Part shown: piece after piece, positions 34,466-44,200 of the stretch | How the letters are laid out: each line of letters begins with the position of its first letter | Numbering within the stretch: the first letter of the stretch is position 1 | NCBI GenBank assembly: GCA_034111125.1 | Contig: JAWUXW010000059.1 | Location: forward strand, 1-47,199 | Length of the DNA: 47,199 bases | Source: Paraglaciecola sp. | GTDB taxonomy: Bacteria; Pseudomonadota; Gammaproteobacteria; Enterobacterales; Alteromonadaceae | Direction: 5' to 3' | The notes under the pieces: model-generated | What the model was told of the DNA's origin: nothing | The model's database searches: none | Seen by the model: the letters and a program-made list of their open reading frames with translations, nothing else | Position numbers and translations under genes: made by a program

Positions 34466-35791
34466 ATGTCAATCCGCCGTTACCTGATATTGATCCTGCT
34501 GTCCCTTATTACCCTGGTTAGTTTCGCGGCGGCGATAAAAGGCTATCAAAGCAGTATGGATAAGGCCTCGGCGGTATTTGATGAGCAATTGATTTCAATT
34601 AGCCACACCCTCTCCACCTTGCAAGCCCAGCAGCAAACTCAGCCGACGCCCGCTAATGACAATTTAGCATTTCAGATATGGCAAAATAAAGCCTTACAAC
34701 TACGTAGCGAGAACAGCCCAAGCACCACTATCGGTGACTTTACCATGGGCTTTGCTGAGCACAATTTTGCTGGGCAGCGCTGGCGTACGTATAGTCAGGA
34801 ATTCAAGCCGCAACAGCGCTGGATCATTGTCGCCCAGCCCCTTAGCCGTCGTTTTGAGTTGGCCGAAGACGTGATTCTGTCTGCGGTAACCCCATTGATT
34901 ATCAGTATTCCCTTTTTGGCCCTGGTGATTTTTTGGATCATTAGTCGCGGCTTACATCCCTTGAACGAACTATCCACTGCCTTGCGAGCAAAAAAGGCAG
35001 ACGATTTGCAGCCCATCACGATGCGCAAAGTGCCTAGCGAGCTGGCACCGGTGTTGAATACCCTAAATCAGCTATTCGAGCGACTAGAAAAGGCTTTTAG
35101 CAGGGAAAAACGCTTCGCCTCAGATGCCGCCCATGAATTGCGCACTCCCTTAAGTGTATTAAAGATCAATGCCCATAATTTGGCCTTAGAGCTGACATCC
35201 AAGCAGCATGACTCGGCAAATATGACCTACCTAAATCAAGGTGTGGAGCGCATGAGTCATGTTGTTGACCAAATACTGACTCTTAACCGCACCAATCCCG
35301 AGCAATATCAGGCAACGTTTACCCAACTGGATCTCAGTGCTCTTTGCCGAACCGTGATCAGCAGCATCTACCCGCAAATAGCAAGCAAGCAGCAGGAAAT
35401 TGAGCTAGTCGGTGAGGTTGACGTGCTGCCCGGAGATGAATTTGCCTTAAGTATTTTATTGCAAAATCTACTCTCCAACGCCAGTAAATACAGCCCTGAG
35501 AAAAGCCATATCCGGCTAAGCTTAAGCCAGGATCTCCAGCAAACGACGATAATGGTTGAAGACTCCGGTCCGGGTATTGCTGAGTCAGAATACAATCGGG
35601 TGTTTGAGCGTTTTTACCGCATTGGCGGCGATCAACACAACAGCACGGTGATCGGCTGTGGACTGGGCTTAGCCATAACTAAGCATATTGCAGAACTACA
35701 CCAGGCAAGCTTAATCCTGGCTAAATCTAAGGCTCTTGCTGGTTTATCGGTGACTGTACAATTTGCCAACAAGGCATTGCCTGATGCTTAG
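34466..35791 (+). CDS. Sensor histidine kinase (QseC/PmrB-like)
   Basis: Two TM helices, HAMP, DAAHELRTPL, NASKY, DSGPGI, GCGLGL. Confidence 0.93.
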   Translation: MSIRRYLILILLSLITLVSFAAAIKGYQSSMDKASAVFDEQLISISHTLSTLQAQQQTQPTPANDNLAFQIWQNKALQLRSENSPSTTIGDFTMGFAEHNFAGQRWRTYSQEFKPQQRWIIVAQPLSRRFELAEDVILSAVTPLIISIPFLALVIFWIISRGLHPLNELSTALRAKKADDLQPITMRKVPSELAPVLNTLNQLFERLEKAFSREKRFASDAAHELRTPLSVLKINAHNLALELTSKQHDSANMTYLNQGVERMSHVVDQILTLNRTNPEQYQATFTQLDLSALCRTVISSIYPQIASKQQEIELVGEVDVLPGDEFALSILLQNLLSNASKYSPEKSHIRLSLSQDLQQTTIMVEDSGPGIAESEYNRVFERFYRIGGDQHNSTVIGCGLGLAITKHIAELHQASLILAKSKALAGLSVTVQFANKALPDA

Positions 35792-36137
35792 TCGCTACAG
35801 CTTTATAGTGCTACTAACTGTGCTAAGCCTCAACGCCAAGGCTGTTGAAGAATTTACCATTGAGCTTAAACAGCACCTGTTTTATCCCTCACGTATAGAG
35901 GTGCCTGCCAATCAGAAAGTGAAGCTGATTATTCACAACCTCGACGAGCAGCCAGAAGAGTTTGATAGCTTTGATCTTAACCGGGAAAAAATGATTTTTG
36001 CCGGGCGCAAAGCCATCATATTTATTGGCCCCTTAAAACCGGGAGAATACGCGTTTTTTGGAGAATACCATCCCAATACAGCCAGAGGTCTGGTGGTGGC
36101 AAGCGAGCTTAAACAAGGAGAGCAGCATGTTGATTAA
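35784..36137 (+). CDS. Periplasmic cupredoxin-domain protein (FtrB/EfeO N-terminal-like)
   Basis: Signal peptide, FYPSRIEVPA, PEEFDS, LKPGEYAFFGEYH; no Cys in the mature chain. Confidence 0.8.
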   Translation: MLSRYSFIVLLTVLSLNAKAVEEFTIELKQHLFYPSRIEVPANQKVKLIIHNLDEQPEEFDSFDLNREKMIFAGRKAIIFIGPLKPGEYAFFGEYHPNTARGLVVASELKQGEQHVD

Positions 36138-36963
36138 CACAGTGATCCTGTTCTTGCGGGATGCCCTGCCATTTTTTGTACTGCTAAGCCTAGTGCTAAG
36201 TATGCTGCCAGTTGGTCTAAAATGGTTATCCCTGTCCTTATTAGCCGGCTTAGCGGGATCATTGCTGTTGCTTGATCAAATCGACCGACTAAGTCAGCAA
36301 CTAGCGGGAGCTGGCATGGAATTAATGTTGTTTAGTTGTCATCTTCTGGTGTATCTGGCAATCGTGGCGGCCGCGTATATTTATTTGCAAGAACTGCAAG
36401 AGCTCCCCCACAGCGCCAAGAGCAAACAGAAAACGACCACTTTGCAGGGTATCGCCGGGCTGATGATTGCCACAAGCTTGTTTATCAATGGGGTGAGTTT
36501 CTCAATTTACTTCGTCAACTTTTGGTCACAGGCGGACGCACCTCAATCTATTTTACTGGGCACAGCCTTGGGTTTAGGAATCTGTTTAAGTATTTCGGTC
36601 TTGCTGTACTTTTCGATGTTGTGGCTTAAACAGATGTTTGGCCCAATCAGCATTGTACTGGCCTTAGTACTGCATGCCAGCGGTCAACTGGCCGACGCTG
36701 TCAGTTTATTGGTACAGGTTGATTGGCTTGAGCAATCCGAGGGGCTTTGGGATCTCAGCAATATTTTCCACGACCAATCTGAATTCGCTCACTTATTTAA
36801 TGCGCTATTTGGCTATCGAGCGTCTCCTTCATATCACCAGCTTGGCTTATATTCAGTAGCCTGCATTCTGCCATTATTAGGCTATTACTGGCTGCGCCTT
36901 AATTTTAATGCCCCTACCCAAAGCGCATCAACTGCAGCAGCAAGGGCACAGGAACAAAAATGA
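36127..36963 (+). CDS. FTR1/EfeU-like permease with degenerate metal-binding motifs
   Basis: About 7 TM helices, LWDLS..LFNALFGYRASPS C-terminal signature; coupled to the cupredoxin gene. Confidence 0.7.
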   Translation: MLINTVILFLRDALPFFVLLSLVLSMLPVGLKWLSLSLLAGLAGSLLLLDQIDRLSQQLAGAGMELMLFSCHLLVYLAIVAAAYIYLQELQELPHSAKSKQKTTTLQGIAGLMIATSLFINGVSFSIYFVNFWSQADAPQSILLGTALGLGICLSISVLLYFSMLWLKQMFGPISIVLALVLHASGQLADAVSLLVQVDWLEQSEGLWDLSNIFHDQSEFAHLFNALFGYRASPSYHQLGLYSVACILPLLGYYWLRLNFNAPTQSASTAAARAQEQK

Positions 36964-37667
36964 TAAAACACTCCCTAAACTGTATGCTCATTCTATTACT
37001 TGGGCTGATAAGCAAGCAGGTTCAAGCCGATGGCACATCAGTAGACAAGGTATATCATCCTTACGTATTGGCGAATGAGCGTGAGTTTGAATGGCGTTTT
37101 ACCTCAAGAAAAAATGACGATGGCAATGTCTTATTCCAGCGTATTGCCTATGGTCATGCACTATCTGAATATTTCATGATTGAAGCCTACATTATTGGCG
37201 AGCGGGACGAAAACGACGATTTTGGCTTGCAAGCCTATGAACTAGAAGGCCGTTGGATGCTGACCGATCAGGGCCAATATTGGGCTGATTGGGGCCTTTT
37301 ATTTGAAATTGAAAAGCAGCATCGCAGTGATGCCTATGAAGTCAGCACCGGCCTGTTATTTGAAAAAGAATTTGACCGCACTAGCCTGACCCTAAATGCA
37401 CTGCTTATCTATGAATGGGGCAAGGACATTCAGAACGAGTTCGAGTCAGAATTTCGCCTAAAATACCGCTACCGCTGGCTGCCAGAATTTCAACCGGCCT
37501 TTGAAATTTACACCGGGGAAGATTATGTCGGCATGGGCCCGGCCTTTATGGGCATACATCGTTATCAGGGACAAAAACAACTGAAATGGGAATTGGGTTT
37601 TATCGCCGGATTGAACGGCGATAGTAAAGATCACACTCTACGTTTTGCCCTGGAATATGAGTTTTAA
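36960..37667 (+). CDS. Small acidic outer-membrane beta-barrel protein
   Basis: Signal peptide (VQA-DG), alternating strands, C-terminal LEYEF; ATGA overlap. Confidence 0.7.
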   Translation: MIKHSLNCMLILLLGLISKQVQADGTSVDKVYHPYVLANEREFEWRFTSRKNDDGNVLFQRIAYGHALSEYFMIEAYIIGERDENDDFGLQAYELEGRWMLTDQGQYWADWGLLFEIEKQHRSDAYEVSTGLLFEKEFDRTSLTLNALLIYEWGKDIQNEFESEFRLKYRYRWLPEFQPAFEIYTGEDYVGMGPAFMGIHRYQGQKQLKWELGFIAGLNGDSKDHTLRFALEYEF

Positions 37668-37668
37668 A
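37519..37668 (+). repeat. Direct repeat copy 1 (3' end of the beta-barrel gene)
   Basis: Ungapped match to 38439-38588 at an offset of 920 bp. Confidence 0.95.
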
Positions 37669-37768
37669 GATCATTGTATAATGATACGGAACAGCGTTTT
37701 ATGTTCGTCCAATCATCAGCATGAAGATTAAAAACATCTTTAGATATCAAGCACTTTCTAAAACCTTG

Positions 37769-38086
37769 TTATATACCCGTTATGGCAAAATCGATGGCGG
37801 AAATTATCACGTCTCGCACTTGTTTTAGGGAACCAATGGGGGTTTTAAGTAAGTTTGCAGGCATAGACGTCAATTGAGGTGTCAGTAAAATAAAGTCTTC
37901 CCCCTCATATGTTATGAGTGGTGTTAGGCCCGTCATAAGCTGATTTCTAAAGTCACTAAGTTTACCTAATGGGATCACTAATCTTGAGTCAATGTCATTA
38001 ATGAGTGAATTCTGAATATCGACAAAATAGGGGTAAGCTTCCCGGCTTGTTTTACTTGGATTTATGTAGACATCGAACTGCGACAT
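37769..38086 (-). CDS. ccdB: CcdB-family toxin
   Basis: MSQFDVYIN, YPYFVDIQ, RLVIPL, LLTPQL, AIDFAITGI. Confidence 0.9.
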   Translation of the reverse strand: MSQFDVYINPSKTSREAYPYFVDIQNSLINDIDSRLVIPLGKLSDFRNQLMTGLTPLITYEGEDFILLTPQLTSMPANLLKTPIGSLKQVRDVIISAIDFAITGI

Positions 38087-38331
38087 TAAAACTGTCGATA
38101 CTCATCGCTAAAACAGCCATTTTCACTAACAAAATTATTGTAAGCCTCAATAGCATTTTTGTTTTCTTTCACCCACTTTTCAGATGCAGCACTCTTTAGT
38201 TTTTCTTTTAACGCTTGCTCTAAAGTGGCTGATAAATTTATGTCTAAGGCCTTCACTTTTTTTAGTAAATCGCTATTTAGACTCAAATTAGTTGCCTTTT
38301 TTGGGGCATCAGAATCATATAATACATGCAT
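38086..38331 (-). CDS. ccdA: CcdA-family antitoxin
   Basis: KKATNLSLNSDLL, INLSATLE, WVKENKNAIEAYN, FSDEYRQF; TAATG coupling to ccdB. Confidence 0.9.
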   Translation of the reverse strand: MHVLYDSDAPKKATNLSLNSDLLKKVKALDINLSATLEQALKEKLKSAASEKWVKENKNAIEAYNNFVSENGCFSDEYRQF

Positions 38332-38356
38332 AAGTTAACTCCAACTATTGTTAATT

Positions 38357-38376
38357 ATGCGCATCCTAGTGCGCAT
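38357..38376. promoter_or_regulatory. Putative ccdAB operator
   Basis: Inverted repeat ATGCGCA-TCCTAG-TGCGCAT, 25 bp upstream of ccdA. Confidence 0.6.
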
Positions 38377-38438
38377 TGTAAAGTTTGTATTGACTCAATC
38401 ATAAGCCAGCTGATTCTAGGCCGCCATTATTAGTGGAT

Positions 38439-38588
38439 AAGGTTTTGTCAGCATGGGTCCGGCCTTTATGGGTGTGCATCGCTATCAGGGTCAGAAGTAA
38501 CTCAAATGGGAACTAGGCTTTATAGCCGGATTAAACGGCGATGACAAAGATCACACCCTACGTTTTACCCTGGAATATGAGTTTTAAA
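38439..38588 (+). pseudogene. Direct repeat copy 2: orphan 3' fragment of the beta-barrel gene
   Basis: Translates MGPAFMGVHRYQGQK*LKWELGFIAGLNGDDKDHTLRFTLEYEF*, with a nonsense TAA at 38498-38500. Confidence 0.92.
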
Positions 38589-38764
38589 TAACTAAACTAG
38601 CAGCTATTCCATACCTGAGTTAAGACATTGATAGTCGTAATCAAAGCCGCTATTGTGTGGCAAAAACCCGAGCCTTGAGTTATGAGCATAGAGAAAACTA
38701 AGCTACTTGAACTTGGGATTATGTGTGTCGTTCAAATATATTTTTCACAAATCGATTCAAGTTG

Positions 38765-41700
38765 TTAAGCTATTTGCATACTTGCCTCTTCAGACAAAAT
38801 CGGTGTTTTGTGTCTGAAAATGACGGACAACATTAGAGGGGTAAAAACCAAAGACAAGAGCACAGAGAAACCCACGCCACCGGCTAGTACAACCGCCAGA
38901 GGGGGCCAAAACGATCCCCCGCTAAATAGAAGTAAAGGAATGAATCCGCCTACGGTGGTGAATGTAGTGGACAAAATATGTCGGCTACAGCCCAATGTTT
39001 CTAGGACTATTTCTTCTGTCTCCCCTTGCCTCGCAGCGGGATTCGCGTTGACCGCAGCAATCACCACAATCGAGCCATTAATTGCGACTCCTATTAGACC
39101 TGCACAACCTAATAGAGGATTAAAGCCAATAGGTAAGCCAGAAATCCACAGGCTTAACATGCCAAAACCAACTGAAAGGACAGCCACACTGACAATCACC
39201 ATGGCCAATTTGAAACTTTTAAATGACAGTATCAAAGTGGTGAGCATCAGGACTAACAATACCGGTGCGTAAGTGGTCAGTGCGCCTAAGGCTGCATTCT
39301 GTTCATCTGCATCGCCAGCCATTTGCATGCGGTAGCCCTTTGGCAAGGAAAATTCTATTTTTTCCAATTCTTGACGCACTTGATTGCTGACATCAATGGC
39401 CATCGCACCAGGCAACAAAAAAGCCTCTACTTTATTCACTCGTTCGCCGTTTTCTCTGGTAATGCTCGCAAAGGTTGGCACCAATTCAAACTCACCTATA
39501 GCAGATATCGGCATCCACCGTTGCTCTGCCGCAAGCTCGTCACTCATCATGGCTAAGGTTTGTAGGTCAGAAATCTGGTCACGGTTCTCATTGGCTAATT
39601 TGATCCGAATGGGCACTTCTTCCGTGCCTTCGAGGATCGATCCGCCTATTTGCCCATCCATTAAAAACTGCAACTGTCGCGCTATATCGACTAAGGTTAA
39701 CCCCGCCAACTGACTGTTTGTGCCACTCGTGGCAAGCATTAACTCCGCTTCTCCCAATGCTACTGATGCTAGCGACTGAGAAATCCCTGGCACATTACTC
39801 ATTGCCATACGAACTTGTTGCCCAAGACGGTTTAACACCTCAACATCGGGTCCAAATATTTTTAAGCCAACTGGAGCTGATATGGGCGGGCCTTGGCCAA
39901 AGGCACGAACGACAATTTTACTCTGTGGATACAATAAGTCTAACTCTTGCTGTAATTCCCCGATAAGTGTTTGCGCTTGTGCTACTGAATGGGTTGTCAC
40001 TACGCCGTTAGCATAGTGAGGGGAGTTGTCTTTGTTCATCATCTGGTTGTAATACACTGAAGGACTTGAGCCTCCCACCAGCCATGTCAGTTGTTTAACC
40101 CCGTCCTTGTCACGAATATGTTGGTCAATGTCTTCAACGACTAGTTTTGTCGCTGATATGGCTGTTCCATCGGGCATCCATAGGTATATTTCAAATTGGT
40201 CTCGGTCTGCACTTGGGAAAAACACATTGCCCAATTGCCCCGCCAATACAAAGCCTGATAGAGCTAAGGCAATACAAGCCACGATCCCTAACAAGGGTTT
40301 TTTTAAGGCATTGCTGAGCAGCATGCGATAGCTTGTCACTATGTCGGCAGCATTTATTCCTCGCTGATACCAGGGTTTGTCAGACATATCTCCTCTAGGC
40401 AGAAAGTGAGCGGCTAAGGCAGCAATGATGGTCAATGAAATAAACAATGAGCCCAATAGGGCCATCACTACACTGATGGCAATTGAGCCAATAAAATCGC
40501 CTATATTTCCAGGCAGAAGAAAAATCGGCATAAAGCCTAGTACAGTGGTTAAGGTTGAGGCCAGCAAAGGAACGAACAAATGTTGAATACTGCCGATTAG
40601 CGCATCAAGCCGAGTGACCCCATGGTCAACTAATCTTGACCGAATTTCATCGGTTATCACAATGGCATTGTCAATCAATAAGCCAACGGCAATGATAATG
40701 CCGAAGATAGACATCTGATGAATTTGTTCATCAAAGAAACTGAGGGAAAAAATGGCAAAAGCCGCGCACAGGGGCAGCGACAAGCCTACTATCCAGGAGG
40801 CCTTTATGCCCATAAATACGAACACGACGGCCATAACAACCAAGGATCCCAGTAACAAATTCTGGGTTAAGTCAGAGAGTCTGGCATCGGTATAAATATT
40901 CTGTTCAAACACAATATCAACCCCCACCGACCCACCAAATTCAGCGTTAAAATTATCTATAACTTGTTGGGCACTCGCTGTCCATTGGTCAACTCTAACG
41001 GTGCTTTGCATACGCGAAGCGACAAACACACCTTGCTGACCATCTACCATCGCAATGTTATTCACCGGAGATTTCCAACTTCGCGTAACTTCAGCAATAT
41101 CTCCCACTCTTAAATAACCAGCTTGTGCGGAGACAGATAGGGGTAAATCACGGACCGTCGCAATGCTATCTAACTCCTGCGAAACTTGAATGCGAAGATC
41201 CTGGTTTCGACCGTATAACACGCCAGCAGGAACTTTAGGGTCTGCATTGGCAATTGCCTGACTCGCCTGGGCGATAGTGATACCGGCATTTGTTAGCTTC
41301 TGGGTATCAATACGCACTTCAATTTCTTGTTCCAGCTCTCCAAAAATTCGCACCAGTTCGGTGCCCGACACATTTCGCAATCGGTCAGCTAACTCGTCGG
41401 CTAATCTGCTTACAGTAGTAAGGGGAGTTTGTGTATGAATGGCCGGATGAACGCTGGTTAACATGGTAAATGACGTCGCCCCACGACGCTCATCTAATTT
41501 TGCTGTGCCAGCTTGACTGGGAAACAACTGTTTTGCGTTACTCAGTCCATCGCGTATTTTTGAGAAAATTTGCTCGTTGGTACTATTGTCAACCCAGGCC
41601 TGTAGTTCCACAGAAATAACAGAGATGCCAGCTCTGGACGTGGAGTTAAGTTCCTTTATTTCATGCAGCTGTCGCAACTCGTCTTCGATGACATCAGTCA

Positions 41701-41914
41701 CGAGCGCCTCTACCCGCTCCGCGGATGCGCCGGGATAGGGCGTAATCACTAATACATTTCGGTTATCAATTCTGGGATCTTCAAGTCTAGGCAGAGAGGT
41801 AACAGCCGATATACCCGCGACCAGAATGACCAAAATACTCAAGGTAAGCAGATGGCCATTCCTGAAGAACAGTCCATACCAGGGGATCGTCTTGTGTGAG
41901 GCTTGTTGTTTCAT
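38765..41914 (-). CDS. RND efflux permease (AcrB/AcrD/AcrF family)
   Basis: 1049 aa; LPRLEDP, YPGASAERVE, GLLIDNAIV, FWPPLAVVLAGG. Confidence 0.93.
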   Translation of the reverse strand: MKQQASHKTIPWYGLFFRNGHLLTLSILVILVAGISAVTSLPRLEDPRIDNRNVLVITPYPGASAERVEALVTDVIEDELRQLHEIKELNSTSRAGISVISVELQAWVDNSTNEQIFSKIRDGLSNAKQLFPSQAGTAKLDERRGATSFTMLTSVHPAIHTQTPLTTVSRLADELADRLRNVSGTELVRIFGELEQEIEVRIDTQKLTNAGITIAQASQAIANADPKVPAGVLYGRNQDLRIQVSQELDSIATVRDLPLSVSAQAGYLRVGDIAEVTRSWKSPVNNIAMVDGQQGVFVASRMQSTVRVDQWTASAQQVIDNFNAEFGGSVGVDIVFEQNIYTDARLSDLTQNLLLGSLVVMAVVFVFMGIKASWIVGLSLPLCAAFAIFSLSFFDEQIHQMSIFGIIIAVGLLIDNAIVITDEIRSRLVDHGVTRLDALIGSIQHLFVPLLASTLTTVLGFMPIFLLPGNIGDFIGSIAISVVMALLGSLFISLTIIAALAAHFLPRGDMSDKPWYQRGINAADIVTSYRMLLSNALKKPLLGIVACIALALSGFVLAGQLGNVFFPSADRDQFEIYLWMPDGTAISATKLVVEDIDQHIRDKDGVKQLTWLVGGSSPSVYYNQMMNKDNSPHYANGVVTTHSVAQAQTLIGELQQELDLLYPQSKIVVRAFGQGPPISAPVGLKIFGPDVEVLNRLGQQVRMAMSNVPGISQSLASVALGEAELMLATSGTNSQLAGLTLVDIARQLQFLMDGQIGGSILEGTEEVPIRIKLANENRDQISDLQTLAMMSDELAAEQRWMPISAIGEFELVPTFASITRENGERVNKVEAFLLPGAMAIDVSNQVRQELEKIEFSLPKGYRMQMAGDADEQNAALGALTTYAPVLLVLMLTTLILSFKSFKLAMVIVSVAVLSVGFGMLSLWISGLPIGFNPLLGCAGLIGVAINGSIVVIAAVNANPAARQGETEEIVLETLGCSRHILSTTFTTVGGFIPLLLFSGGSFWPPLAVVLAGGVGFSVLLSLVFTPLMLSVIFRHKTPILSEEASMQIA

Positions 41915-43101
41915 AACACCTGCTCTGAACGATACGTAGACTGGAACGATTGATGGATGGCCAAATTCACTTTTTGTGATTTCACTTTTTGTCCGGCAAC
42001 CAATCTTTGCAGGCCGTCAACAACGACTTTATCATTGTTTATCAGCGCTCCTCTTACATACACCCTATCTTCTTCCACATGTGAAACTTCCACTAACTTT
42101 GAGTTTAAGAGCTCTCCCTGCTCTGTCTGCGTGACAACAAATACGCTCCACAAACCACGTAAACTGCTCATTAAGCTTGTCCGGGGCAACCAGTAACCTT
42201 GTGCATTATGTTGACGACTTTGTCTAATGTTTAATAGATCGCCAGGGACTAATTTTTGATCGTCCTCCACCAACATGAAAATGACATCTATAGTCTGGGT
42301 GGCAAGCTGGCGTTGCTTTGCTACAGATTTTACTTCTGCTAAAAAGCTAGCAGTACCGCGCATCAATTCTACTTGTTGACCTAAGGAAAAGGTATTGGCT
42401 AAATCAGTTGCTAAGGCCATGCGAACTTCCAGAGCATCCATAGCTTGTAGGGTAAACAAGGCTTGTCCCGGATTCACTGCCGCGCCCAAATCCACTATTC
42501 TCTGAGTAATTTGCCCATCATAAGGCGCCATAAGTTTGCTTTTAGCCAGGTCAACACTGAGGCTATTTAGCCTTGCTTTCATTTCCTCCACTGCCGCATC
42601 AGCTGAAGCAAAGGATTCGATAGACTCATCCAAGGCCTGTGCCGATTCCAGTCGCTTTTCCACCAGTTCCCGGACTCGTGTCAAAGATAATTTTGCTATC
42701 CTGGCTTCGGCTTCGGTTCGAAACAATGATGCCTGCAGTTCTTTTCGACGAGCTTGCAGACGCTGCCCGTTTAGGGTTGCAAGCACTTGCCCTTTTTTTA
42801 CATATTCCCCTTCGTCGACAAATACCTCTGCCAATACGCCGGACGAATCAAAGCCAACATTTGTGCTTTGACTGGCCTCTGCTCGACCTACAATAGAGTG
42901 ATGTTCCGTATAGTATTGCCGTTGCTCTATCTCGATCACATTCACATTGTGAATTTTCACCTCTGCGGGCGGAACAATGTTTTGACCCTTTCCCGCTGCC
43001 ATAAGCAATAAGCCCAAAGCAAAGAAGGCAATTAATACGGCGACTATCGCAAGCCAATTTTTATTGGCGGACAGCTGCCCTGATTTAATGGTGTTTGGCA
43101 T
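41911..43101 (-). CDS. RND periplasmic adaptor (membrane fusion protein)
   Basis: N-terminal TM, lipoyl halves VDEGEYVKKGQVLA and APYDGQI, coiled-coil hairpin. Confidence 0.92.
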   Translation of the reverse strand: MPNTIKSGQLSANKNWLAIVAVLIAFFALGLLLMAAGKGQNIVPPAEVKIHNVNVIEIEQRQYYTEHHSIVGRAEASQSTNVGFDSSGVLAEVFVDEGEYVKKGQVLATLNGQRLQARRKELQASLFRTEAEARIAKLSLTRVRELVEKRLESAQALDESIESFASADAAVEEMKARLNSLSVDLAKSKLMAPYDGQITQRIVDLGAAVNPGQALFTLQAMDALEVRMALATDLANTFSLGQQVELMRGTASFLAEVKSVAKQRQLATQTIDVIFMLVEDDQKLVPGDLLNIRQSRQHNAQGYWLPRTSLMSSLRGLWSVFVVTQTEQGELLNSKLVEVSHVEEDRVYVRGALINNDKVVVDGLQRLVAGQKVKSQKVNLAIHQSFQSTYRSEQVL

Positions 43102-43140
43102 TATGGTTTCTCAGAATAAATTACTGGCACATTTAAATAC

Positions 43141-43156
43141 TAGACTGTACAGTATG
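43141..43156. promoter_or_regulatory. Putative TetR operator
   Basis: Perfect palindrome ACTGTACAGT (43144-43153) between the divergent MFP and TetR genes. Confidence 0.55.
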
Positions 43157-43265
43157 ACAAGTAAAACTATTTCATCAAACATCGAACAATGATTTTTAGA
43201 TCATTTTTAGTTACCCTGAACCGGCAGACAAAATGACAAGAAGTCAGACAAAGAGGTGGTAATAC

Positions 43266-43904
43266 TTGCCAATCCCAAATTTTAGCAAAGCGGGCAGGCC
43301 CAAAAGTGCCGAAAAAAGAGACCAAATCTCAAAAGCAGCGGGGAATTTGTTTTTAAACGTGGGCTTTACTGGCTGTTCTATGGATGCCGTGGCCAAACAT
43401 TCAGGGGTCTCAAAGCAAACGGTTTATTCCCACTTCAGCAACAAAGAAGCCTTGTTTACCGCTGTTATAGAAGGAAAGTGTGAAGAGTATCAGCTAGATG
43501 AAAGTCATTTAGCCAATGATGCCCAACAACTGGTTGATGTGCTAAACGCCATGGGTCGCCAGGTAGTAAAATTACTGCATGACGAACAGGTGATTGCAAT
43601 TTATCGGGTGGTAATTGGCGAGTCTGCAAGCAATCCAAGAGTCGCTGAATTGTTTTACCAGGCAGGTCCCCAGCATAGCCTGAACATGTTGGCTAAAACT
43701 TTCAAAATGTTTATTCAAAAAACCATGTCAGATGAATTCGCCTACAAGTGTGCGGTTACCTTCTTTAATCTATTGAAGGGGGAGTTTCACGTCAAAAGCA
43801 TACTCAGTTTGGAGTTTGCACTTAGCGACAAAGAACAAGAAGAACAGGTGGCTTATGCCATCCGGCATATCCAGGTAATGCTTGATTTATACCAAGGGGA
43901 GTAA
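43266..43904 (+). CDS. TetR/AcrR family regulator
   Basis: GRPKS, SMDAVAKHSGVSKQTVYSHFSNKEALF. Confidence 0.93.
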   Translation: MPIPNFSKAGRPKSAEKRDQISKAAGNLFLNVGFTGCSMDAVAKHSGVSKQTVYSHFSNKEALFTAVIEGKCEEYQLDESHLANDAQQLVDVLNAMGRQVVKLLHDEQVIAIYRVVIGESASNPRVAELFYQAGPQHSLNMLAKTFKMFIQKTMSDEFAYKCAVTFFNLLKGEFHVKSILSLEFALSDKEQEEQVAYAIRHIQVMLDLYQGE

Positions 43905-44200
43905 AGGTAAGAGCGAGTTAAGCTCTGCGGTGTTTCAGTACAAATACTAGGAGTACAGAGAAACCTCACCTACTAGACATATACATTGAGAATCATGATG
44001 AAGGAATTATGAGAGTGTGTTGAGGTCGTAATTTCACGATTACTCAAAGTATGCGTAAACTGATGCAAATGCATCGATGTTAGATTTACCGCATCAGCAA
44101 ACTCAAGCAATTTCTTTGCTATAACACGATCAATCTGTCCATCTTGCACTGATACTTCAGATTGTAGATTATGTCCTCACAGTGCAAAACGCAAACATTA

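Noticed and set aside
38611-38722. ACCTGAGTT...AACTTGGGAT as IS982-like ends or a mini-element
   Set aside because: Only about 9 bp of similarity and weak inverted symmetry; compatible with chance.
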